Positions 16,948-26,958 are shown, counted from the stretch's first letter. The stretch: 64,000 nucleotides of DNA from an uncultured Lentimicrobiaceae bacterium (GCA_964418895.1 CAYQND010000002.1:212093-276092); one strand, 5' to 3'. The notes: generated from the letters alone by a model not told the origin. Numbers and translations: made by a program.

Positions 16948-17574
16948 ATGACACCGAGATACGACACTTGCTTTTTTGAACGATACGCCATGATATCGCT
17001 CAAGACTTTGCTTGGCGACAAGTTTTCCCATCTTGTCAACAACGACCGTCCCGACCTGCAGGACAACATCAACAGCATTGGAATCGAGGTCACGCGTGCC
17101 ATACGTGAGGACAAGAACGTCGCCAACGCGCTCATCAACGAAATGGCGGGCATGAATGTCAAGGAAGTGGATGAAACCGAAATGAACGAAATCAACCGTT
17201 CGGGCTACGCCTATGGTCTCGGTTCGGGCAAACTGATGGGCAAAAAGGAGTACGACTACTGGGCTTTGGCACTACCGATGAAACGCATTCTGAAGAGCAA
17301 AGTCGAAAAGGTCAGCAACGGCTTCTATGGCGATTTTCGCGAATTCGACCTTTATGTTTTCACGAAGGAAAACCTTGAAGACAATGAAATCGAAGAAGCC
17401 ATCGACTATATGAAACGGATTCAAAACAAGTTCAAGACGCATTACGACAACCTTTTCATTTCACAAATCCAGTCGATGTTTGTCTGCGACCTGAACCTGT
17501 TATCCTATGACAAAATCCAGATTGACGATGTCTTAAGACAATCGTTCTATAAAAACGCTATCGGTATCTTTTGA
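16948..17574 (+). CDS. hypothetical protein (orphan; weak nuclease-like N-terminal pattern)
   Basis: Clean ORF with its own promoter box and no family I recognise. The N-terminus FERYAMISLK...DRPDLQD...IGIEVTRA loosely resembles an E...D...ExK-type restriction-endonuclease-fold core, but the Lys position is not canonical. Confidence 0.6.
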   Translation: MTPRYDTCFFERYAMISLKTLLGDKFSHLVNNDRPDLQDNINSIGIEVTRAIREDKNVANALINEMAGMNVKEVDETEMNEINRSGYAYGLGSGKLMGKKEYDYWALALPMKRILKSKVEKVSNGFYGDFREFDLYVFTKENLEDNEIEEAIDYMKRIQNKFKTHYDNLFISQIQSMFVCDLNLLSYDKIQIDDVLRQSFYKNAIGIF

Positions 17575-17601
17575 TTCCGAATCCCTTAATGTTAGGTTGT
17601 T

Positions 17602-19179
17602 TCAGCGCACCACGAGAGTAGCGTGGCGTCTTTCCGGCGTGATGGCTTCTACAAGATAAGCGCCGCTTTTCACGGTATTGTAAAGGCCTTCAAGCGATAG
17701 GCGCTGTTCGCCCGCAGCCAGACCTGAAAACTGTTGTTCCCATACGAGGGAGCCTGTCACCGAATAGGCTCTGAGGACGACGTCGCCTGACTGTTGCAAT
17801 GTCAAGTTTGCCTGACTTGTGGACGCGATGGGATTGGTCGAAATGACCAGTTTTCGGTCGGCCAAAAAGCCTTCGCCCACGCTGGACGCATCGTATTCGT
17901 AGGCGCCCATGTCGATGGCGCAGTTTGACACACGCTGGTTGCCGTCGAGGTCTGTCCCCGACAATACGGATTCGTCTATATCTGGCGAGCCGGAGTCACG
18001 GCAAGGACTTCTATAGAGGAGGCGGAAATCACGGTTTTCAGGGTCCACAAGCAAAGGATCAGAGTCCAGCATGTTGACGTAATCGCCCAGGAACATAGGG
18101 TTATGAATGCCCTCGGCACCATATTGAAGCACGCTGTTGAAGAAGTTGGGCAGTGATTCCACCGACCAAATCCACACCTGCGAGCCGTCGATGATTGTAG
18201 TGCTGTCGGCCCAATGGTTGCCCCATATTATGCAGTTTGTGAATTTCGGCCTGCTGTCGCCAAAAAACATGACAGCACCGCCGCCAGCGCCGATACACTG
18301 ATTGTCCACCATGGTCACGTTGTCAATTTCGGGCGAGGAAGTGCCAAAATGGATGGCGCCGCCATAATGCAAGGCGCTGTTACCGGTCAGCAACAGGTTG
18401 GAAGCCAGCACATCCTTGTCGTTGCAGCGCAGGAACGAGATGCCGCCGCCGTTGCAGGCGAGGTTATCTTCGAATATCGATTTGTCGAGTTTTACTGAGC
18501 AATTGTCAAAACAGACGCCGCCGCCGCAACAACTCTCGCAATGGTTGCCGTGAAACTTCATGCCGCTCATCTCGACTTCGCAGGCGAGAAAGAACATGCC
18601 GCCGCCATACATGTAAATGTTGCCGTCATTGTTATATCCAAGATTGTCAGCGACTTCGCAGTCGAGGATAATCAGGGATGCATTTTCGGCATACAAGGCG
18701 CCACCACTTTCACGGGTAAAGTTGCAGTGAAAGACACAATTCGCAATGTCGGCATTGGAATTGAAGATGCGCACCGCACCGCCTTTGTATGCTGTCCCGA
18801 AAGATGCTTTTCCGAACGAAAACTTGCAGTATTTCAACTCGACAGGCTCTGTCATCATGTTGAACGTAAGTCCGTTCCAGCCTCCACGCGGCGCATCGTA
18901 CAGGTAAAAGTTAGTCGTGTCGAGCACCGTGAAAACTATGCTGTCGTCCTCGGTTCCGACTGCCTTGAAACTCGCTTCGGTTGCCGTGATGCCATAGAAT
19001 CCTCTGAAAACCACAGCGGTACCAGGCTCGACGACAAGGCTGCCGTCAACCACGACATCGCCGACCACGAAGACAGTATCCGAATTCCATGTGCCGGTCT
19101 GAAGCCCCGACACTTCTATGTTCTGAGCCCTTGTGACATAAGGAAGGAAAAGCAACAATAACAAGAATGTTTTTTTCAT
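17602..19179 (-). CDS. T9SS-sorted secreted protein with right-handed beta-helix / PMP-type (GGAx) repeats
   Basis: Signal peptide MKKTFLLLLLFLPYVTRAQ. GGA[VLI]/GGG repeat motifs recur (GGAVRIF, GGALYAE, GGGVCFD, GGGISFL, GGAIHFG). The C-terminal ~80 aa resemble a T9SS sorting domain. The listed ORF extends 94 codons upstream without support. Confidence 0.8.
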   Translation of the reverse strand: MKKTFLLLLLFLPYVTRAQNIEVSGLQTGTWNSDTVFVVGDVVVDGSLVVEPGTAVVFRGFYGITATEASFKAVGTEDDSIVFTVLDTTNFYLYDAPRGGWNGLTFNMMTEPVELKYCKFSFGKASFGTAYKGGAVRIFNSNADIANCVFHCNFTRESGGALYAENASLIILDCEVADNLGYNNDGNIYMYGGGMFFLACEVEMSGMKFHGNHCESCCGGGVCFDNCSVKLDKSIFEDNLACNGGGISFLRCNDKDVLASNLLLTGNSALHYGGAIHFGTSSPEIDNVTMVDNQCIGAGGGAVMFFGDSRPKFTNCIIWGNHWADSTTIIDGSQVWIWSVESLPNFFNSVLQYGAEGIHNPMFLGDYVNMLDSDPLLVDPENRDFRLLYRSPCRDSGSPDIDESVLSGTDLDGNQRVSNCAIDMGAYEYDASSVGEGFLADRKLVISTNPIASTSQANLTLQQSGDVVLRAYSVTGSLVWEQQFSGLAAGEQRLSLEGLYNTVKSGAYLVEAITPERRHATLVVR

Positions 19180-19197
19180 TTCAGGATGTTTTGAATG

Positions 19198-19205
19198 CAA
19201 AGATA
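19198..19205 (-). promoter_or_regulatory. -7 promoter box (minus strand TATCTTTG)
   Basis: The + strand reads CAAAGATA, 18 nt upstream of the ATG at 19179. Confidence 0.45.
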
Positions 19206-19293
19206 TGCATTTTCGTGAAATCGGGCATAATCGTGTTAATACGCTGTGCAGAAGCAAATAAGCCATAAATGCTGATTGTATGCAAGTATTTCT

Positions 19294-19301
19294 TATTTTT
19301 G
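19294..19301 (+). promoter_or_regulatory. -7 promoter box TATTTTTG
   Basis: 17 nt upstream of the ATG at 19319. Confidence 0.45.
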
Positions 19302-19318
19302 CCGCATATATACAAATC

Positions 19319-20869
19319 ATGTCAACTCCATTATTAGGTACGATTATCAAGACGGCGGCGGAAATAAAGAACGTTCCTGTCGAGATAAAGCAAAGGAATA
19401 TCAACCCCTTAAAAGCCCAAACGAAAGAATTGCGCAAACTCTTGCGCAAAGCGCGGTCCACGGCTTTCGGCGAATGTTATCACTTTGACGAGATTCTTGA
19501 AGCGGACGATATCATGGCTGCTTTCAGGGAAAACGTTCCTGTCTTCGACTACAACAGCATGCACGATCAATGGTGGTACAGGGCTCAAGAAGGGGAGAGT
19601 GATGTGGCATGGCCTGGAAAGATCAAGTATTTCGCTTTGAGTTCCGGAACATCGGAATCGGCGAGCAAATATATCCCTATCACAAAGGAAATCAATTCGA
19701 AAATCACGAAAGCCAGCATCAGGCAACTGGTGTCGGCCGTGCGTTACGATTTTCGGGTGGAGTTTTACAATAAGGGCATCCTTATGATTGGCGGCAGCAC
19801 CGATTTGCAGTATTGTCGTCAAGGCAGTTATTTTGCCGGTGACTTGTCGGGAATCTCCGCAAGCCGCATTCCAAAGTGGTTCGAGTTTTTCTACAAACCC
19901 GGCAGACGCATTTCGCAAATCAAGAACTGGACTGAGAAAATCGACGAGATGGTGAAGATGGCCCCGACTTGGGACATCGGCGTCATTGTGGGCGTGCCGG
20001 CATGGGTGCAGATCCTTTTGGAACGCATCGTGGAGGAATATCATCTGAATAACATCCACGAACTCTGGCCAAACCTGACCATTTATGTCCATAGCGGCGT
20101 GTCATTCTCGCCTTATGAAAAGAGTTTCGAGAAACTGTTCGGCAAAGAAGTCATCTTCGTTGAAAGTTATCTGGCTTCGGAAGGCTATATCGCCTATCAG
20201 GTCGACCTCAAGAAGCGCGTTATGCAACTTCTGGTCGATAACGGCATCTATTTCGAGTTTGTCCCGTTCAACGAGAAGAACTTCGACCTCGAGGGTAATA
20301 TTGTGAAAAATCCCGTCACCTTGACCCTCAACGAGATAGAGGAAGATACCGAATATGCTTTATTGCTTTCCACTTGTGCAGGAACTTGGCGTTACCTCAT
20401 CGGCGACACTTTGAAATTCCTCAACAAGGAACGTTGTGAAATTGCCATCACGGGACGCACGAAGCAATTTCTCAGCATCACGGGCGAGCACCTGTCGCAA
20501 GACAACATCACGCGTGCCGTCGAAATGCTTGCAGAAGACACCGGAGTGGAGATTTGCGAGTTCACCGTGGCAGGCATACGTCACGGCTCGATGTACGCCC
20601 ATCATTGGTATTTGGGCACCAACCAACAGATAGACCCTCAGTATGCCATAAAGAAACTGGACGAGTATCTGTGCCAACTCAACGACGACTATGCCGTGGA
20701 ACGTACAGAAGCCATCAAGGAACTTTTCATTGATATCCTTCCCACTCATGTGTTCTATGATTTCATGGAGCAGAAAATCGGCAAATGGGGTGGCGCGACA
20801 AAATTTCCTCGCGTCATGAAAGGTGACCGACTTACAATGTGGGAGAACTATCTCAAAGATTTGAAATAA
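19319..20869 (+). CDS. GH3-family (auxin-responsive-promoter-type) adenylate-forming enzyme homologue
   Basis: FALSSGTSESASKYIP is a P-loop-like adenylation motif of GH3 acyl-acid amido synthetases. Length and layout match the bacterial GH3 homologues common in Bacteroidetes (from memory). Confidence 0.8.
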   Translation: MSTPLLGTIIKTAAEIKNVPVEIKQRNINPLKAQTKELRKLLRKARSTAFGECYHFDEILEADDIMAAFRENVPVFDYNSMHDQWWYRAQEGESDVAWPGKIKYFALSSGTSESASKYIPITKEINSKITKASIRQLVSAVRYDFRVEFYNKGILMIGGSTDLQYCRQGSYFAGDLSGISASRIPKWFEFFYKPGRRISQIKNWTEKIDEMVKMAPTWDIGVIVGVPAWVQILLERIVEEYHLNNIHELWPNLTIYVHSGVSFSPYEKSFEKLFGKEVIFVESYLASEGYIAYQVDLKKRVMQLLVDNGIYFEFVPFNEKNFDLEGNIVKNPVTLTLNEIEEDTEYALLLSTCAGTWRYLIGDTLKFLNKERCEIAITGRTKQFLSITGEHLSQDNITRAVEMLAEDTGVEICEFTVAGIRHGSMYAHHWYLGTNQQIDPQYAIKKLDEYLCQLNDDYAVERTEAIKELFIDILPTHVFYDFMEQKIGKWGGATKFPRVMKGDRLTMWENYLKDLK

Positions 20870-21561
20870 TGCGATTCATACTGGAAGCCGTTTTATTAGG
20901 CGTCACGTTATCCTTGGTGTTTGGATTCGGACCCGCCTTCATCACCCTTGTGCAAACCAGCATACACCGTGGTTTCAAGTCGTCGGCATTCTTTGTCCTT
21001 GGCACTAATCTTAACGATGTCTTCATCGTCGCGTTGTGCGTGCTGACTTCCATACAGTTCGTGCTGGACGGTGATGCCGAAATGATGTATTTCAGTTTCG
21101 GTGCCGGCATCATACTTATTCTCTTCGGCATTTTCACGTATATCAGAAAAGTCAAGGAGAAACCTGTTGAGCAACCCGCCAACGACTCCAACGAAGTTGA
21201 GCGCATCGATATGAATGGCGATGGCGTCATCGACGAAAAAGACGACACGCCACACTGGTACACTTTCATCGGGAAAGGCTTTGTGCTGAACCTCTTGAAT
21301 CCTTTCATGTGGCTGTTTTGGCTCAGTATGGTGGCCTTAGTTGCTGGCAACAACCACGGCAACAAACTCAGGACGCTGACTTTCTTTGCCATCACCATCG
21401 GAACCGGTTTTGTGCTTGATTTGGGGAAAGCGTGGTGCGCCGCATTGCTGAAACATACTTTCACCGCAAAGAGCATCAAGGTGATGAACAAAATCGCCGG
21501 TGCAGCGCTGATCTGTTTCGGCATCTATTTCATCGTGAAGGGTATCACTGTATTGGCATAA
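20869..21561 (+). CDS. LysE/RhtB-family translocator with an EF-hand-like insert
   Basis: GFGPAFITLVQTSIHRG and KGFVLNLLNPFMWLFW are typical LysE-family blocks, and there are about 6 hydrophobic segments. The ATG overlaps the GH3 stop (TAATG). Confidence 0.8.
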   Translation: MRFILEAVLLGVTLSLVFGFGPAFITLVQTSIHRGFKSSAFFVLGTNLNDVFIVALCVLTSIQFVLDGDAEMMYFSFGAGIILILFGIFTYIRKVKEKPVEQPANDSNEVERIDMNGDGVIDEKDDTPHWYTFIGKGFVLNLLNPFMWLFWLSMVALVAGNNHGNKLRTLTFFAITIGTGFVLDLGKAWCAALLKHTFTAKSIKVMNKIAGAALICFGIYFIVKGITVLA

Positions 21562-21581
21562 ACAATAAAAGCATAAGGTCT

Positions 21582-22190
21582 ATGGAAATTAAAAAATCCA
21601 ACTTCAATTGGTGGGCTTTTCTGCTGAACGGAATTATCGCCATCATTTATGGCGTGCTCACTTTCACGGCGCCTGCCGATGTCATGGTGACCATCATCAC
21701 CATTTCCGGCATTGTCGTCATTGTCACCGGGTTGATTTGTCTTCTTATCGCTTTCAGGCGCAAGAAGAACATGCTGCCTTATGGCCTGCTTCTTTTTGAA
21801 TCCATTCTGCTGATTGCGCTCGGCGCGGTGGCGATAATCTGGTCGAGCGGGACCATCAAGGTGCTCGGCATCATCATCGGCCTCTGGGCTTTGAGCATTG
21901 GCGCTTTCCAATTGTTCACAATACTGAATCTCAAAGGCTTGTATAATAAAGGGTTCTACATCCTCAGCGCAATCCTGAGCATTGGATTCGGAGTCCTGCT
22001 TGTCTTCAAGCCTTTCGAGTCGGCGCAAGTTGTCACGGTTCTTTCCGGCATCCTCGCCCTGACTTTCGGTCTTATCATGATTATGTTTGCCATGAATGTC
22101 AGACGCCTCGAAAAAGCCGTTGATAAGGCCATGAATCAGACCACCGTCGATGGCAATGCGGAGGTGATGGACTCGAAAACAGAAAGTTGA
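21582..22190 (+). CDS. HdeD-family (DUF308) membrane protein
   Basis: NWWAFLLNGIIAIIYGVLTF is followed by repeated paired TM segments typical of HdeD/DUF308. It lies 20 nt after the LysE gene. Confidence 0.75.
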   Translation: MEIKKSNFNWWAFLLNGIIAIIYGVLTFTAPADVMVTIITISGIVVIVTGLICLLIAFRRKKNMLPYGLLLFESILLIALGAVAIIWSSGTIKVLGIIIGLWALSIGAFQLFTILNLKGLYNKGFYILSAILSIGFGVLLVFKPFESAQVVTVLSGILALTFGLIMIMFAMNVRRLEKAVDKAMNQTTVDGNAEVMDSKTES

Positions 22191-22283
22191 AAGGTAGCAC
22201 TACACTGAGGTAGCGTTTTTTTTCGGGCTTTTCTTGAAAATGGATTATCGGCAACTGGTCACGTTGCTTTCTAAGCGTTATGC

Positions 22284-24086
22284 TTATTGGTCTTCCAGTT
22301 CTTCCTTGAACTTGATGTCTTTCACGTTCAGTTGCAGCGTCGTCTTGCCTTGCCAGAAGTTGTATTCCAGATGATAGCACAAACTGAAAGGCTCTCCCTT
22401 ATGGATGCGGTCGTATAAATCGCCTTTTTGGAAAGCGATGCCCGAAAATGGCGGCGTGTCGTTGTCGCCGACTTGCCTTACGGTAAGTTTGAGATGCTTA
22501 TGAGCCCCGACGGGATGGGAGGAGCCGGCATCGATGACGTTTTCAGTCCAGAACACAGGTGCCATGTTGCCAGGTCCGAAAGGCGCAAACTGGTTCAGGA
22601 CGCGCATGAACTTGTCGGTGATGTCCTTGAAGTTGATTTTCAAGTCCACGTCGAGTTCCGGGACAAGGCCATCTTCGGCGAGGTTCTCGCGGACATATTC
22701 TTCGAAACGTTCTTGAAACTTCTTGATGTTCTCGGGCTTCAGCGAAAGTCCTGCGGCATATTTGTGTCCTCCGAAATGTTCCAGCAAGTCGGAACAATGG
22801 TCGATGGCGTCGTAGATGTCGAAATTCTTGATAGACCGTGCCGAACCGGTAATGAGGTCGTTGGCTCGGGTGAGCACGATGGTCGGCCTGTAATAGTAGT
22901 CGGTAAGGCGCGATGCCACGATGCCGATAACGCCTTTATGCCAATGTTCGTTGAAGATCACTGTGCTGTGGGCGTTTCTCAGTTTTTCGTTGCTGCTTAT
23001 CATGGTCAGCGCCTCCTCGGTGATTCTGTTGTCGAACTCGCGGCGAGTGTCGTTGAGTTCGTTGATGTTGGCGGCCAGTTTTTCGGCATGTTCCTTTTTG
23101 TCGGCGACGAGAAGACGCACGGAGTCGGAAGCCTTGTCGATGCGGCCTGCGGCATTGATGCGTGGCCCGATGAGAAACACCAAATCGCTGATTGTCAGTT
23201 CTCTGATGTAATATTTATCATCAAGAACAACATCCGATTGTTCGGCTTGATCCTGATTGATTTCACGTGGTCCGATGTGAGCCTGATGCAGGATGGCCTC
23301 GATGCCGGGACGTGGCTTGGTGTTGAGCAGTTTCAAACCATAATAGGCCAAAACGCGGTTCTCGCCCGTTATCGGGACGATGTCGGCGGCAATGCTGACC
23401 ACAAGCAGGTCGAGCAATTCATAGACTTCCTCGATGGGGAGTTTGCGGCGCATTGACAACGCGGTGACGAGTTTGAAACCCACGCCGCAACCGGACAGTT
23501 CCTTGTAGGGATACTCGCAGTCAGGACGTTTGGGATCCAGAACGGCGACAGCGTTGGGAATCTCGTCTCCGGCACGGTGATGGTCGCAGATGATGAAATC
23601 CACACCATGCTCGTTGGCATAGTCGATTCTTTCCACAGCCTTGATGCCGCAGTCAAGCGCGATGACCAGAGTGTAGCCGTTTTCAGCGGCATAGTCTATG
23701 CCCTTGAACGAAATACCGTATCCTTCATCGTAACGATCCGGAATATAGAACTCGATCTTCTTTTTCTTGAAAAAACGCTTCAGGTAATTGTAAACCACAG
23801 CGACTGCCGTCGTGCCGTCAACGTCGTAATCTCCGTAAATCAGCACCTTCTCGTTGTCATCAATGGCACGCTCGATTCTGTCAACGGCTTTATCCATGTC
23901 CTTCATCAAGAATGGGTCGTGAAGTTGGTCCAGCATGGGACGGAAAAACACCTTGGCTTCGTCGAAGTTCGTGATGTCGCGTTGGACTAACAAAGTGGCG
24001 AGATTCTCGTCAATATTGAGAATCTTTCCGAGTTCAGCAACACATTGCTTGTCAAACGATTCATTTAGAATCCACCTTGTTTCCAT
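22284..24086 (-). CDS. recJ: single-stranded-DNA-specific exonuclease RecJ
   Basis: DHH-family motifs are present (YGDYDVDGTT, ALDCG, ICDHHR, FGGHKYAAG). Confidence 0.92.
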   Translation of the reverse strand: METRWILNESFDKQCVAELGKILNIDENLATLLVQRDITNFDEAKVFFRPMLDQLHDPFLMKDMDKAVDRIERAIDDNEKVLIYGDYDVDGTTAVAVVYNYLKRFFKKKKIEFYIPDRYDEGYGISFKGIDYAAENGYTLVIALDCGIKAVERIDYANEHGVDFIICDHHRAGDEIPNAVAVLDPKRPDCEYPYKELSGCGVGFKLVTALSMRRKLPIEEVYELLDLLVVSIAADIVPITGENRVLAYYGLKLLNTKPRPGIEAILHQAHIGPREINQDQAEQSDVVLDDKYYIRELTISDLVFLIGPRINAAGRIDKASDSVRLLVADKKEHAEKLAANINELNDTRREFDNRITEEALTMISSNEKLRNAHSTVIFNEHWHKGVIGIVASRLTDYYYRPTIVLTRANDLITGSARSIKNFDIYDAIDHCSDLLEHFGGHKYAAGLSLKPENIKKFQERFEEYVRENLAEDGLVPELDVDLKINFKDITDKFMRVLNQFAPFGPGNMAPVFWTENVIDAGSSHPVGAHKHLKLTVRQVGDNDTPPFSGIAFQKGDLYDRIHKGEPFSLCYHLEYNFWQGKTTLQLNVKDIKFKEELEDQ

Positions 24087-24343
24087 CGCCTAATTTTGAA
24101 TTTGTAAAAATAATCAATATTCTTTTTCAAAATCAAATTTCCGTAGTTTAAAAACGTAATAATTGTATCTAATTGATTACAAATATTTTATAAGATAACA
24201 CCTTTTATCTATTCTACATAAAGCCGATTTGATCGGACCTGGATGACACATCATATTTTCTCGAAAAAAAGATGCTGCTTTATTTGCAAGCGTTTCATTT
24301 TTTTCATAATCTTGCAATTTCATTTGTCGCAAAATCATCCAAG

Positions 24344-25861
24344 TTGAAAAATATAAGAACAGCCTTAATATCAGTTTTTTACAAAAACGGTATCGACACT
24401 ATTGTAAAACTTCTCAGGCAGCATGATGTACAGATTTATGCTACCGGCGGAACATACGATTTTATCAAGGCGATAGACGGGACTGTGAAGACCGTCGAAT
24501 CGTTGACAGGTTATCCTTCCATTCTTGGCGGACGTGTCAAGACGTTGCATCCCAAAGTGTTCGGCGGAATATTGGGGCGTACCGCTCTTGAAGAAGACCA
24601 GAAGGACATGGAACAGTACGAGATTCCTTCCTTCGACCTTGTGATTGTTGACCTTTATCCGTTTAAGGAAACTGTCGCTTCCACGGACGACGAAAGTGAG
24701 ATCATAGAGAAGATTGACATCGGCGGTATCTCATTGATTCGCGCCGGCGCGAAAAACTACAACGATGTGCTGATTGTCCCTTCGATGGCTCACTATGCCG
24801 AGTTGGCGGAACTGCTTGAAAAACAGCATTGCGCCACATCGATTGAAGACAGACGGCGTTTCGCGGCTTATGCGTTTGCCGTGAGTTCGGAATACGACGG
24901 CGACATCTACAATTGGTTTACGAAAGACGATGGAAGCCGTTCGTTGCGGATTGCCGAAGATGAAGGCTCCGTCTTGCGTTACGGCGAGAACCCGCATCAG
25001 AAAGGCGTGTTTTACGGTGACCTGGAAGCGATGTTCGAAAAATTGCACGGCAAGGAACTGTCGTACAACAACTTGCTTGACTTGGATGCTGGTTTGAACC
25101 TTATCCGTGAGTTCGACGAGCCTGCATTCGCCATTCTGAAACACAACAACCCGTGCGGCACGGCCTGCCGCGGCACCGTCGCCGAATCGTATGCCGCCGC
25201 ACTCGCTGGCGATCCGGTTTCTGCCTATGGCGGCGTGCTGGTGTGCAACCGTCCTATCGACATGGCTGCCGCCGAAGACATCAACAAACTTTTCATCGAA
25301 GTCATCGTGGCACCCGAATACAAGGAAGGCGTGCTCGACCTGCTGTTCTCGAAAAAGAACAGAGTCATCCTTCGCCTCCGCAACGAAAGCGTTCGTCCGA
25401 CGACCGTCAGAACCGCGCTGAACGGCTATCTGGTGCAGGACCGCGACCTTCACACGGAAAGCATCGCCGATTTCAAAGTCATCACGGCAACGGCGCCCAG
25501 TGACGACGAAATGGCAGACATGATTTTTGCGAACAAGATTGTGAAGCACAGCCGTTCCAACGCCATCGTTTTGGCAAAAGGGAAACAACTGTATGCTTCC
25601 GGCATCGGACAGACTTCGCGCGTGGATGCGTTGGAACAAGCCATCGAGAAGGCGCACCGTTTCGGTTTCGACCTTCATGGCGCCGTGCTCGCATCCGATG
25701 CGTTCTTCCCCTTCAAGGATTGCGTTGAACTCGCCCACAAGGCAGGCATCACCGCCATCGTCCAGCCTGGCGGTTCGGTAAGAGACCAGGAATCCATCGA
25801 CTGCTGCAATGAGAACAAAATCAGCATGGTTTTTACAGGTTACAGACATTTCAAACATTAA
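24344..25861 (+). CDS. purH: bifunctional AICAR transformylase / IMP cyclohydrolase PurH
   Basis: TALISVFYKNG..., ILGGRVKTLHP and KHNNPCG are PurH blocks. The start is uncertain. The in-frame ATG at 24272 adds 24 non-homologous residues, while TTG at 24344 gives the usual length (~505 aa). Confidence 0.9.
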   Translation: MKNIRTALISVFYKNGIDTIVKLLRQHDVQIYATGGTYDFIKAIDGTVKTVESLTGYPSILGGRVKTLHPKVFGGILGRTALEEDQKDMEQYEIPSFDLVIVDLYPFKETVASTDDESEIIEKIDIGGISLIRAGAKNYNDVLIVPSMAHYAELAELLEKQHCATSIEDRRRFAAYAFAVSSEYDGDIYNWFTKDDGSRSLRIAEDEGSVLRYGENPHQKGVFYGDLEAMFEKLHGKELSYNNLLDLDAGLNLIREFDEPAFAILKHNNPCGTACRGTVAESYAAALAGDPVSAYGGVLVCNRPIDMAAAEDINKLFIEVIVAPEYKEGVLDLLFSKKNRVILRLRNESVRPTTVRTALNGYLVQDRDLHTESIADFKVITATAPSDDEMADMIFANKIVKHSRSNAIVLAKGKQLYASGIGQTSRVDALEQAIEKAHRFGFDLHGAVLASDAFFPFKDCVELAHKAGITAIVQPGGSVRDQESIDCCNENKISMVFTGYRHFKH

Positions 25862-25885
25862 CAGAAAAACTCAACATCAAAAGAT

Positions 25886-26908
25886 ATGGGAGCATTTTCA
25901 TTTCTGAACAAGGAAATCGCTATTGACCTTGGTACGGCCAATACGATTATCATATACAACGACAAGGTCGTCGTTGACGAACCTTCCATCGTCGCCGTGG
26001 AGCGCGACTCGAAGAAAATCATCGCCGTAGGCAAACGCGCCATGATGATGCATGGCAAGACCCACGAAAACATCAAGACCATACGTCCTCTGCGTGACGG
26101 TGTCATCGCCGACTTTCAGGCTGCCGAATACATGATGCGCGAGATGATCAAGATGATCAACTTCAAGAACACGCTGTTTCCGCCGTCCCTGAAGATGGTC
26201 ATCTGCATTCCTTCGGGCATCACCGAAGTCGAGGAACGCGCCGTGAAGGATTCCGCCGAACAGGCTGGAGCCAAGGAAGTGAGGCTGATACACGAGCCTA
26301 TGGCAGCCGCCATCGGTATCGGAATTGACGTTCTCGAACCCACAGGCAACATGATCATTGACATCGGAGGCGGCACCTCTGAAATCGCCGTTATTGCCCT
26401 TGGCGGTATCGTCAACAACAAATCCATACGCATCGCAGGTGACGACTTCAATGCCGACATCGAGGAATACATGCGCAAACAGCATAACATCATCGTCGGA
26501 GAACGTTCTTCGGAAAGAATAAAGATCGAGGTTGGCGCCGCCATTCCCGAACTTGACAATCCGCCGGATGATTTCGCCGTGCAAGGACGCGACATGCTGA
26601 CTGGCATTCCGAAGGAAATCAAGGTGAACTACGCCGAGATCGCCCATTGCCTTGACAAGAGCATCGTGAAGATTGAGACCGCTGTGCTCAACGCATTGGA
26701 AAACACGCCTCCGGAACTGGCCGCTGACATCTTCCGTACCGGCATCTACCTGACGGGTGGCGGAGCCCTTTTGCGTGGCCTCGACAAGCGTCTTGCCGCA
26801 AAGACAAAATTGCCGATTCACGTGGCCGACGACCCGCTTCGCGCCGTCGCTCGCGGTACTGGCATCGCCCTCAAGAACTTCGACCGCTTCACATTCCTCA
26901 TCAAGTGA
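25886..26908 (+). CDS. mreB: rod shape-determining protein MreB
   Basis: Actin-fold motifs IDLGTANT and DIGGGTSEIAV, with full-length MreB-like sequence. Confidence 0.95.
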   Translation: MGAFSFLNKEIAIDLGTANTIIIYNDKVVVDEPSIVAVERDSKKIIAVGKRAMMMHGKTHENIKTIRPLRDGVIADFQAAEYMMREMIKMINFKNTLFPPSLKMVICIPSGITEVEERAVKDSAEQAGAKEVRLIHEPMAAAIGIGIDVLEPTGNMIIDIGGGTSEIAVIALGGIVNNKSIRIAGDDFNADIEEYMRKQHNIIVGERSSERIKIEVGAAIPELDNPPDDFAVQGRDMLTGIPKEIKVNYAEIAHCLDKSIVKIETAVLNALENTPPELAADIFRTGIYLTGGGALLRGLDKRLAAKTKLPIHVADDPLRAVARGTGIALKNFDRFTFLIK

Positions 26909-26958
26909 TGAGCAGGGTAGTGGCGACTTGTCGCATCATAATGTAAAACGCTTTCGGC

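Noticed and set aside
24731-26821. Long minus-strand ORFs of 375 and 307 aa.
   Set aside because: They mirror purH and mreB respectively, both of which have clear family motifs on the + strand. Shadow ORFs.
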